Of a stretch of DNA of 64,000 bases, positions 52,830 to 64,000 are shown piece after piece (the first letter of the stretch is position 1; every line of letters begins with the position of its first letter). Location: positions 4,473,366 through 4,537,365 of the forward strand of contig MU056050.1 in the NCBI GenBank assembly GCA_013239625.1, in the 5' to 3' direction. The notes under the pieces were generated by a model. The model was not told the origin of the DNA. It worked only from the letters and a program-made list of their open reading frames with translations, and searched no databases. Made by a program: the position numbers and the translations under genes. The DNA comes from Lama guanicoe. Taxonomy: Eukaryota.

Positions 52830-55000
52830 TATCCTCTCTCCCTCTCCCTTTGCTATCTCTTATTTAACATCTCACTCCAAACATGACTGGACTCCTTAAA
52901 CTTTAAGCGTTCTAAAATCCCATAACCCCAGTTAGTTTTCTCTCTCTCCTCTTAGCCACCGATCTTGTCCCCGACCTCGATGGCTCCATCACTTCCCTAT
53001 CACTCTTCAATTAGTTTTGGCATCTACTTCCATCATACTATTAAAAATGTCCTCAAAATAATCAACGATTTTCAGGTCCCTAAATTCAACTGAAACTTTC
53101 TCTCCTTATTTTACTTAACCTCCAGCATTATTGAGTACTATAAATCACTCCCTCATTTTGGGATCATTGATTATTTTTTATGTATTTATTTTTGAATCAT
53201 GAAAACTCACTCTCCCAATTTCCCTCTTACCTCTCCAGCTATGACATCTTTGTCTCCTTTGTACGTTCATCTAATTTATTCCCTTCTATTAAAAGCTTGA
53301 GTTTCCATTCTAGGTCATTTGTTCTTTTTTTCTATATGACCTTAGTGAATCACATTTATGCCCATGGTTTCCATTATTAACTGTATGCAGATGAATGGCG
53401 AATTTCGATTTCTAGCACTGAGGAGCAGATTTCTATATTCAACTGCCAACTTGTTCTCTTTACTCTGCTGTCAAAGGGACTTCAATCTTAACATGTGCAA
53501 AATCAGACTCATAGTCTTCTGATTTCTCCTAGAAATCTCCAATTGCATAAACCAGAAAACTGAAATCAATCTTCATGCGTCTCTTCCTCAAAACCCAATT
53601 TCTGTAAATTCTACTTCCCAAATATAGCTTAAACGCATGCATGCCTTTCAGTCTCTACCACCATCAGCTTAATAGATCTTTTTAAATGTTTGTTGATTGG
53701 ATGTAGAAATGAATGAATGTAACAATAATTAAAAATAGCAAGGTATGAAAGTATAGAGTGACTATGGAGAAAATTAAATAATATTCGGAATTGTCTGATT
53801 TGTTTCAGTGAGTATAATAGTAAAAGGAAAAACCGGAAAAAAAGTTTGGTATCAGAGCATGGTGAACTTTAAGTGCTATGTTTTTGCGTTTGCATTTAAT
53901 TTTGTAGGTACTAAGAGGCCTTGAGAGCTTTTTGTTTTGTTTTGATCAGGAGATTCAATTGTACTTTAGAAAGAGAATTCAAAAAACAGTGTATAATTGG
54001 ATGGAAAGGAGAAAGATTAATTACCAGGTTGAAGTATAGGCAAGAGATAGTGAGGGTCAGAACTTGGGGTTGCAATGCAAATAGAAATGGGAAATAGATC
54101 TAAGACACATTATAATGATAGATTTTTTTATAGGATTTGTTTATATAGAGGGATAGGAGAGAGAGGAGGAATTGAAGATAATTCTGAGATTTAAACATGG
54201 ATTACAACAATAACAGAGAGAAACATTAAATCCATATATCCTATTGCCTAATAGTTAGCTCCACCTGAGTATACTACATACATTAGAAAATCAACATATG
54301 CAAAAAGGACCTTGTCATTCCCCCAAACTATCCCTCTCTCACAACTTGTATTTTGGCAAATACCATCACCAACTACCTAGAAACTTCACGGTTATCTTTG
54401 ACTTCTCCTTTTACCTGGACCATAATGTCCAGTTATTCACCAGGTCTTACTGAGTTCACTTTCTAAACTTTGCTCAGATATTTTTTTTCTTGTTGATAAT
54501 GCCCCACATAGAATATTGCAGGAGCCCCCTAATTTGTATCCTTGTTTCTCATATCTGTTTTCAGGCACCTTATTGTGGAAAAATGATACAGGGCAGTGGA
54601 AAGGATTGGTGTTTGGAAGTAGACTGTACAATGATCAAATATCAGCCCTCTTACCTTTAATAAATTACATAGTCTCTTTGAACTCCAGTTTCATTGATTA
54701 TAAATGGAAGTTAACTGATTTTGGAGATTGGAAACACAAATATGTAATATATTTTGGCATTATTAGTGCTGAAAGTTAGTGGTGATTATTATTATTATTA
54801 CTCTCATTCTACAGTTAGTCTCATTGACACTAACTAGTTATATGACACTTGCCAATCAGCATAACCTGTTCAGGCTTTAGTTTCCTCATTTGTGAAATGC
54901 AGACATTAATATTTACTTTGAAGTGTTGTTGAAAGGATAAAAGTAGAGACATATATATTGCAAAAACAAAATGCCTGAGAAATAGAGACTTCTCCATAAA
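52830..55000. mobile_element. Cluster of L2 fragments (both orientations) and MIRs
   Basis: L2 motifs cccatggtttccattattaactgtatgcagatga and gaatgaatg; MIR core tttagtttcctcatttgtgaaatg near 54880. Confidence 0.7.
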
Positions 55001-55049
55001 TATTAGTTCATTTTTCTCCAATCTCCCCTTTAATTATTCCAGCCTCTCA

Positions 55050-55940
55050 AAATATTATATTTACCATGCACAAGGTAAATGATCTAAAGGGTTAAAATGA
55101 AAAGTAAAAATACCTCTCCCTCTTTCCCAAATCTCACTTCTAAATCTCGGATGTAGTGTATGAATATATATCCTAGAGTTATGCATTTGTATCCATATTA
55201 AATAAATAGGATAATATGATAGCAATTATTCTGCACCTTGGCTTTTTCATTTAATACTATATTTTAGTTATCTTTCCTATCAGTGTATACAGATTTAACT
55301 TATTTTTAAAAGCAAATACAGTTATATAATTTTTAAAACAATATTACCATATCCATTTTACGGATGTACCATGATCATTTAAATTCCCTCATTCACTTAT
55401 TAAGGGACGTGTAGTTTGCTTCATTTTTCAGCTAGTATAAGGAAAGGTATCATGAAAATAAATACTTAGTGTTTTCAAACTTGTGCAAGTACGTTGGATA
55501 GATTCCTAAAGTGGAATTAGCTAAATCAAATAGTATATGAATTTAAATGTGGGTAGATATTGCAAAATTGTTCTCCAAAAACAGTGCACATCTTTGAACT
55601 CCTTTTTGAAAAATTGTACATTTTCTGGCTTTTTCATATTTGCCAATCTGATAGGTAAAAAAATAATATTTTTTTGCTTTACTTTTTATTTAACTATAAA
55701 GGTCTGTGTTTTCCTTACTTATATTTTGGTTTCTGCAAATGCTATGATAATTCTTTGCCAATTAAAAAAATTGATTTATCTTTTACATAGACATTTGTAG
55801 GAACTCTTTTCATATTTTAGAAATTAGCTTTTTTTCTCTTAACAAGATTTAAGTGAAAGAATGAATAAACAATTCTCTACTATTTTTTCAATTAGTTATT
55901 TTAGCTTTTTTACTTTATTTATGGTATTTTGGCATGCAAA
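55050..55940 (-). mobile_element. Old L1ME-like fragment
   Basis: gatagattcctaaagtggaatt..agatattgcaaaattgttctccaaa..tttgccaatctgatagg. Confidence 0.75.
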
Positions 55941-57114
55941 CTCCACCAGTATCTATCTATAAATGTTTGTTGAACAAATGAATTGATGAACTCTTGATTG
56001 AGCTGAGCTAACACTGAATTAAAGCCTCATGAGATCTCCTAGACAAGGATTATTTCCCTTTCCTAAACTAAAAGCCTATAATACTAAATCCTAAGGGAAA
56101 CCTTTCCAAGTTTTTCAGAGGCTCCGTTTCATAGACTTGGAATATGTTTAAAACAAAATCAAGTTTCCTTGGTCAAATCTGTGTGGGTGTATTCATCATT
56201 AGCTGACATGAAGTTGAAACCAATTATTTATTGGGAATCCTTTTCGTCTTCGACCTCATTCAGACTTGACGGAGACAATCTGTGAAATCTCTTCTTTTAT
56301 TATGACTAAACACTAAAATTCCTCTGGTAGTTCTGTGTGATTTATGCATGGCTATAAGCATAAGTCATGTAAGATAATAAAGTTTAGACCACTTATAAGA
56401 ATGACTCATATGCTGCCATACTGTATGTGAGATTTATCAAGAGCATACCACTATTTTGTCACCTTGTTCCCAAACGCATAAATGAATTTCAGATAACACT
56501 TATCAGTGATGAGAGCAGATAGGCTAACATTAGTTGAGGCTACCACTTTATAGGTGAGCACAAGAATAGAAAGACCTCAACACAAAGTGTATTGTAACTA
56601 GGGGGCCATTTTTATCCAAGCAGACAATTACATAAGCAAAAAAGGGGATAAATTCACTAGTGCCTTAATTTGTTGAGGAAAAAAAAACCCAAACATGGCA
56701 TACACATTATTAAATAATATGAGTGACCAACGTTAATGACTGGCTGGGTTTGGAGCTGGAAGATTATTACAAAATTAAATGCTTTCTCCAAGAATACATT
56801 TTCTTTCTGAAGTATAATGACATGTAGTTTGTGTCATTTTTATCCCTAATATGTAAAACCCTTTATACTATATGGAGGTAGGACTTAAAATTGAATTTAA
56901 TCACAAGAACAAGAAAGCTCAGATATGACAATAATTAGGGGTTTGCTGTGGGGAAAATGGGTAATAAAATGAACAAATAATTCTATATTTAATTAAATAT
57001 GCTGACCCCTAATTTTGAAGTTAAAGAGTCTGGTTAATGTTTAATTCTGTGACAGTCCTCTTCACTTATTCCTAACATGAATAAAGTTTGGAAAATGTTT
57101 TGAGAACCTCATAA

Positions 57115-57776
57115 TGTTGCTGATAGATGCAGTGTTTAGATTCTTGTCCCATCCCAGAAAGAATTCAGAGATAAGATGCAGAGGTTAAGAAAAAGTAAAG
57201 TGAGGATTTATTAAGGGATAGATAATACTCTCTCAAGGGGAGAATGGGCAGGCTTAGGTGAGCAGCTGCCTTGAGTTTTTTTGGCAAGTTGGTTATATAG
57301 GGTGTAAAAGTGAATAGGTGGAACATTTATTGGAGAGGGAGGGGTTTGGGGTCAAATTCTCTGATCTCCATTCCAGCTCCACCTTCTCTAGAAGAAGAGG
57401 GATTTTTGTCCTTATTTAGTCTGAATGAGAATTGTCATGGTGTTGGTGCATGATGGGTACTTCTAATCTGCAAGGCTAATTTTATTGAAATGAAGGCATC
57501 ATTAGCAAAGGATTACATTTGGACACAGGAGATCCCTGTCTTTTCCCACCTTTCTTTGTCGGCCTCCAGGCAGCTAATTTCCCCAAAATGTGTGACCGCT
57601 TATCAGCCCATAGGTTCCTGCTTTTCTTTGTCTGCCCAAGGACACCTGGTGCTTACATGATGTATAGTTTCCTGTATTTGGCCCGTGACCCTCCTTTCTG
57701 CCCAATTCCTGCCATTTGGCCTGTGCTACCCCCGCCTTCTATGCTCATATCTAGCTATCTGCCTGCTCTGACAACA
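57115..57776 (-). mobile_element. ERV1-type solo LTR
   Basis: Same layout as 8811-9367 (ttcttgtc..aaagaattcagag..gatttattaag..ctagctatctgcctgctctgaca). TSD not clear. Confidence 0.75.
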
Positions 57777-59689
57777 TCTTAACCTGGTAGACATTTTCAG
57801 ACATTGCAAAAACAGGATTAGGACTACCTACTTTATCTACTGAGTGCACAGCAGAACAATCTCCGCACTTTTAGGCTTTGTAGCTCAATTATTTCTCCAA
57901 ATATAAGGTCAAAGGGACAGTAAAGTTCATTTGCCTTGAAACGTTAATTCTTTGGGGTTAGTGTGTAACAATGCCTGGAACCTCATTTGTCACACTGACA
58001 GCCAACAGATTTCTTTTGAGTTGGTAGGGACTCCTATTGCAAACCTCACTAGCCAGTCCCATCCCTATTTCCCTATAGCTATACAGAATTGAGCATTAAC
58101 CAGAGAGAAGTTTGGCGTCAAAGGTAAAGGATTACAACATTGGGCTTCCCCCCAAAAGCCCACTGTCTGAGTGCTTGTCTCAGTGCATTTTCAGGCTGTT
58201 ATCTCACATTGGTTTTCAGTGCAGTGATGGTGTCAGATGCTGGATATAGAGAGCTGATAGGTGACACTTGTCTAATAATCACTGAAAGATCAGGCAAGAA
58301 GATATTTTTGAATCAAGCAACAGGATTTGGGAAAGATGAAGCAGAGAATACTGCAGAGGTGCAACCCTGTGGGCCTACTGGATCAAGCTTTCAATGAGGA
58401 GGGAAAAATCTCCTATCATCTTCCCCAAGAAGAGGAATTCCATTACAGACACATTTTGTAATAAAAACAAACTTATTTGGGGGAGAAACAAAGAAATGGG
58501 AGGGAACTTATTTCTCATATTCTGGCTGAAATGTCTGGGGAAAAAAATCACATTAAATATAAAATCTATCTAAAAACAATAGCATCGATGTCAAATTGCC
58601 AAAAGCAAAAACTACATGGTTAAAATGAAAACTGCAGGAACTTTTTAAAATATAATAATCTGAACTTTCTTCTTATGATAGAGCGTCATCAAGAGAATTC
58701 AGAATTTAAATGTCTATCCATTTATCTATCAATCATCTACTTCTATCTTTTCAATAGGATCCCCAATCTTCACCACTTGAAGAATTATACATCACACTGT
58801 AAAAAACAAAACAAAACAAAAACCAAACAAGCAGACAAAAACTCCAGCAGCATCCATACAGGTAACTAGCTAGACACTTCACACTCTGACTTTTCAAATT
58901 AAGAATAAACACAAGTATTCCATCCCAGGGAGAATTGGACCTCTCATTTTGGAAAATTTCACAGGGTGAGAGGAAGTGAATAGCTGCAAATCCACTTCCA
59001 GTTCATTCTAAATATAACCCCAGTAGTTCAAATATCAGAAAACAAATAAATTAATAAGTGACATCCTGATGCATTGTCAAAGGCGGCAGTCAGGAAGGTG
59101 ATAAATATTATAATGACAGGACGCTAATGCCCAAGGCACAATGTTCAAAAACCAGAAGGACTTGGCAGAACCATATAATCTTGGTGACCTATCCAGGGCT
59201 TGCTGACAACTGGCTTTACTTTTAGAACAAAGGAGAGAGTAAGATCAAGGCAGAAATATGGAAATCAAATAGAACCAGGGAGCACTTTAAAAAGGTCCCA
59301 AATTCTACATAAAGCTCAGAACAAATCACATGGTAGTTTTCTGGAGACTTGCCCATTATGGGTCAGTGGATTAGCACAGGTGGCTGGGTTAAGGGGGACC
59401 CAAAAACCCACCACTATCACCTTGCTCACCTGGGCTATAAATTTAAGGCCCATCTGTGTGATGCTGGGCTGGAAAAATATCAACATTAGAATAGCCTCTT
59501 TGATATAAACCTTGCTACACCAAAAATGAAAAGCTGAAAAGATTGGGCTATAATTAATCATTAATGCCTTAGTATGAATAGTTTTATAATCATCAGTGAT
59601 TTAGCATGCATATGTTTTATGACATTCAATGGCCAATTACCAATGCTGTTCATGAGACACAAAACAGAAATAGGTACATACTCTCTAAA

Positions 59690-60970
59690 CACTCTTCCTA
59701 GATGATCATATCCAATTCAAAGATTTAATATAGTGCCTATATGCCAATGACCTTCTAAATCTCTCCCTCTACCTATGACATTGCTCCTAAGCTTCAGATC
59801 TGTTACAATTGTCTTTTCCTTATTTGACAACTCAATTTGGATCTTAAATTGAATATGTCTGCTTTCCATCCAGTTATTCAGGCTAAATAATACAGGAAAC
59901 ACCCTTGATTCCTCTATGTTTCTAACCTCTATTTCTTCTAATTCATCATAAAATGCTGCTGGCTCTTCTTCCAAAATATATCTCAAATCCATCTACTTAC
60001 CTGCACCTCCACTGTCACCAACCTAATCTAAGGCACTGTCATATTTTACCTATACCATCACTATCACCTCCTAATATATTTCCTTGTTCCCACTGTTGAC
60101 CTTCTTGAGTACATTTTCCACCCAGCAGCTAGAGTGATTTTTTTTTAAGTAAAAAAGATCCTTTCGTGCCTATGATTAAAAACCTTCCAATGTCTGTCCA
60201 TTACGTCAAAAATAAACCCAAGGTCTAAGCCATGGCCTGTAATACCCTTGTTTGATCTACCCATGCTCTCCGTACTTTTATTCCTTGAAGATGTAAATAT
60301 CATTTCCAACTCAGGGCCAGTGTAGTTTGTATTCTCTCTATCTGTAAAACATGTAGATTTTTGCAAGGATAGACCCTTGTCTGTAAGATCATAGGTAAGT
60401 GACACCTAATCAGAGAATTCCTTCCTGGCCATCCAATTTAAATAGTCTCCTAGTCACTCTTCATCCCATTCCCACCCTTTATAGCATGTATTGTTGATAT
60501 TTTTTATCCCTTCATTATTTTAGTTGTTTTCATTCCTGCCCCAGGATGAGAATGTAAGCTACCTGAGAGCAAGGACTTTGCCTCATTCACTGCTCTACCC
60601 CCAGAACCCTGAACAGTGTCTTGCACAGTGTAGACATTCAGTGACTGAGTGAAATTATGACAATATATGCTCTCCTTTCCCTCCTAATTTAATGTTATGA
60701 TACTCATAACATTCTCTATCCCATTCACCTCTTTTTTTTCCATCATACCACATCACTTCATAGCATATATCATTGGCTGGAAATATCACATGTGTTTATT
60801 GGTTTTCTTTTTTTTTTAATTGTCTGTTTCCCTCGGCTAAAATGGAAGAAGCATGAGAGCAAGGATCTTATCTGTCTTGTTTATCACTGACTATTCAGAG
60901 CCTATACCTAGATCAGTGGCTGACATATAACAAGAGCACTGCAAATATCTAGTGCTTAAATGAATGAATT
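59690..60970 (+). mobile_element. L2 fragments
   Basis: acccttgattcctct..ccaaaatatatctcaaatcc..gaatgtaagctacctgagagcaaggac..aatgaatgaat. Confidence 0.8.
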
Positions 60971-61115
60971 TTGATGGGAAAGTTGGAGAAGGAAAAGGTG
61001 CATATTTTGGTTCACCTTCTTCAATAGCTATGTCTCTGCAATTAAGAACTTGGTAAGGAATAGGAATAGGTATTCAGATAGTGTAATAAAAGCAATTGAA
61101 ATTTATAGAGAACAT

Positions 61116-61606
61116 TGTTGACTGAAGAAAAACACACAACCTAAAAGTTGTGAGTTCAGCCATATCCAGGGACCTTACTGAGGATTATAGGCTGAAAGAA
61201 ACCCTCTCAGCTCTGAACAACTCCTCTGAAGACATAAGGGAGGAGCCAGGATAACTAAGAGTTTTTTGCTGGGGAAAAAAAACATGTAGTTGAACATCAA
61301 AAGATTACTGCTAATCACAAAAACCAGACATCTCAAGCTAATGATTTTGGTGCTTTTCTATATATAGCAAGATGCAAAAGTCTGGGCTCACTGAAATTAT
61401 TTCTTAGATAGACATCTTAACTATCTAGGGCCAGTATCCAAGGCACAGAATGCTTCCTTTGTTCTCTCCATCCTGAATTCCCCTCAGAGTGCACATGGTG
61501 GGAGGAGGAGGGTGCTGCAGTGGCTGATGGCTTGATCCTTTTAGAACTGGAATGACAGGCAACATTCTTTGTTTACTGGAATGGCAGGCAAAATTGCTTG
61601 TCCACA
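61116..61606 (-). mobile_element. ERV1-type solo LTR inserted in a MIR
   Basis: TG..CA termini; 4-bp TSD ACAT at 61112-61115 and 61607-61610; a reverse MIR continues to about 61880. Strand is inferred. Confidence 0.82.
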
Positions 61607-62520
61607 ACATAATTATAGCAGGCACTATTGTAAGTGTTTTACATATATTCACTCAATGTCACAATAATCCTATGAGGGAGGTATTGCTATCAACTCCATT
61701 TTATAGTTTAGGAAAGTGAGACTAAAAAAGAATAAAATTGTCAAGATTGGTTTCCTATTATTATTATTGTTGTTATTGTTGTTGTTATTAAATTAAGCTC
61801 TCTCCTTAAGTAATAAGCCAGAATTTAAATCTAGGCTATCCATCTGGAGGGTCACTTTCTAAGTGAACTGCTACCATGCTTTTAACAGGGGACTTAGAAC
61901 AGGTAAGTTTTCAATAAAAGTTCATTGAGGAATAGGCGGATTCACTCTTCTGGGCTGCCTAAGTGTGGCTGAGCTTGACCCTTGAGAGGAGAAAGGTGGT
62001 CTTCATCATCTCTAGGTCATCCTTAGACCCAAGGGCTCTAGGGAAATTTTTTTTTCTGAACCTATTGATTTCACCCTTGACCTCAGGATGCCCTTGATTC
62101 AGACCATCAATGAAAAACAATTTGAGATGACATCAGTGGAAACATTTGACAAAGTCATTGTTTTTCCCCTATTCTGAGAAATTGTGAATGTGTTCCCTAT
62201 CACTTATCCTAAAAAAGAAAAATAACAAAAGCCTCTTTCTCTTAGTACCACCTACAGCAGTTTCCTTCCTAGGTGACTTTAGAGGGAATTCTTTCTTGAG
62301 GCAAGCAATCTCTGTATCATTAGCACAAAGTAATCCTTAGTATAATGGGCTTTAATTGCCTTTAATTATTTTATATCTGAATTACCGTACACTGCAGGAC
62401 ATTTAGAACCATAATAATAAAATATCTTATTATAGTGGTTTATTGAAGTACTACACTCAGCTTTAACTTCTGGGAATCACTCTGAGGTCTGACGGTGCCT
62501 ATAAATCATTCTAATCTCAC

Positions 62521-62547
62521 GGCAGAGGTTGAAGGTGCAGCGGGACC
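62521..62547 (-). other. Possible 27-nt exon or conserved element
   Basis: Minus strand: tgtttcgtttcctattcAG | GGTCCCGCTGCACCTTCAACCTCTGCC | GTGAGA; locally elevated CpG. Confidence 0.3.
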
Positions 62548-64000
62548 CTGAATAGGAAACGAAACATATGAATTTTTTGAATTAATTCCTACGGAGGCCT
62601 GGGGCTTTATTCCTACTCTCATCCTGCTTGAGTTATGACAAAGTTTAAATAGCCAATCCATTCATCAGCCACATGGTAAATTACCTTTAAAATTAAAAAT
62701 AAATTAATATTTATTATATTTCCGACATTAAAAGAAGGACGTATCTATCCTAATGTATCCCAGCAGCTAGTAAAAGTAAAGAAACATCAGCTCTATTATT
62801 ATCATTGTCAGGTGGTAGGTGAACTATTGCTCTGAAGGCTACAGATATTGGAGAAAGACTGACTTTTTTAATCCAAGGCTAGAATCTATCTCCCTATAGC
62901 CTATTAGCCTACGTCTCAGCAAAATGCTCATTAAGCAGTGAGGGTTGTCAGGTTTGGTGAGGGTGGTGAAAGAAGAATGTCAGCTATATTACCTAGGTGG
63001 GGGAGATAGCTTTTAGTTAAATTCCCATATTGCCAACAATTGCCTGTATCGAGTGCCATGACATTTTGGGTCTATTTATACAGACCCATACAGTACATAC
63101 AATAACCTCATTGAAAGGGAAAACACTCCATGTAAATAGACAAACTGGCCTCAGCAGATGGAAAGTACAGACTAAGGACTTCCTTTGGAGCTTGATCCCG
63201 AGTATGCTACTACAGTTGATTATAATCTTTCAGAAACCTGCTCTTGGGCTGTGCCATCTCCCCAATGGCTGAAATAGCCCTTGAAGGAAGTAGCATCTAC
63301 GTCAATCCAAGTTTGATCCAGCGCCACAGGAAAGCTGCTCTAGTCTGATATCTCTTTTAAAAACACTATAGACAGTAAATCAGGGAGGCTGAAGCTAAAA
63401 ACCTCCTTTCAGGGGACAAATGCTTTTAAATAGCAGGAGGCTGTAAAAGAGTCTATGAATAAAAGGTGAACTCAATTTTGCCACCCTGAACTACTTCACA
63501 TGCGTTAGGCTATGTTTTCATTTGATGGCTGTCTCATCTCAATGTGGTTTTTCTAAGCACCCTGAAACTCTGTATTGAGCCAAATTATCATGAGGCCACA
63601 TTTCTGTTAAGCCTTACCTTCTGTCCATCCAATCCAAGTGATTCATCTCTTTAAGGTCAGTGCAATGTCACCTCAATAAGGTGTTAATACGCTTTGGAGA
63701 TAATAGTAAGGATACAACATTCAGGAAACACTTCCGAGAGATTTCCAATGCCCTACACTCCCCCTGCCACCCAGCCCCAGGCTAACTTGATCACAGCTGT
63801 CTTTACCTAAAACCCTATTATGGATTACGTTGTCCTTTAACTCTAATTAATAGTAATGCTAATCTTCTCTTGCACTTAGGAAGAGCTGACCCTAAAGCTC
63901 TCAGATAATGACATAAGAATCCTCAGTTTGAATAAGCTCATAGAAATAAAAATGAGGGGCTAGAAATTAATGGCTATTTTGTGAGTACCCCTTGTACACT

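Noticed and set aside
56594..56610. CTCF-like motif aactagggggcc
   Set aside because: Partial match only, lacking the 5' CC of the core; unsupported without data.

Overview
AT-rich, repeat-dense mammalian genomic DNA, most likely camelid: it has three tRNA-Ala-derived vic-1-like SINEs and young L1 3' ends, and I saw no Alu or Bov-type SINEs. No intact protein-coding gene is recognisable; the ORF-track entries are chance ORFs or transposon remnants. The window holds the CpG-rich 5' end of a probably full-length minus-strand L1 (1-597), old and young L1s, L2, MIR, MaLR/ERV solo LTRs and hAT MITEs. Two fossils are more unusual. One is a Ty3/Gypsy element in LTR-PBS-gag order whose decayed gag resembles PNMA-family capsids (about 4.9-6.8 kb). 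The other is an ancient RTE-clade reverse-transcriptase remnant (about 20.75-22.3 kb). Minus-strand splice signals (a 23-nt microexon at 47954-47976, an acceptor at 46200 ahead of repeat-poor sequence, a possible 27-nt exon at 62521-62547) suggest the 3' end of an unidentified large gene. I found no convincing new biological system. Family names come from recalled consensus sequences without a database search, and boundaries of old repeats are approximate.
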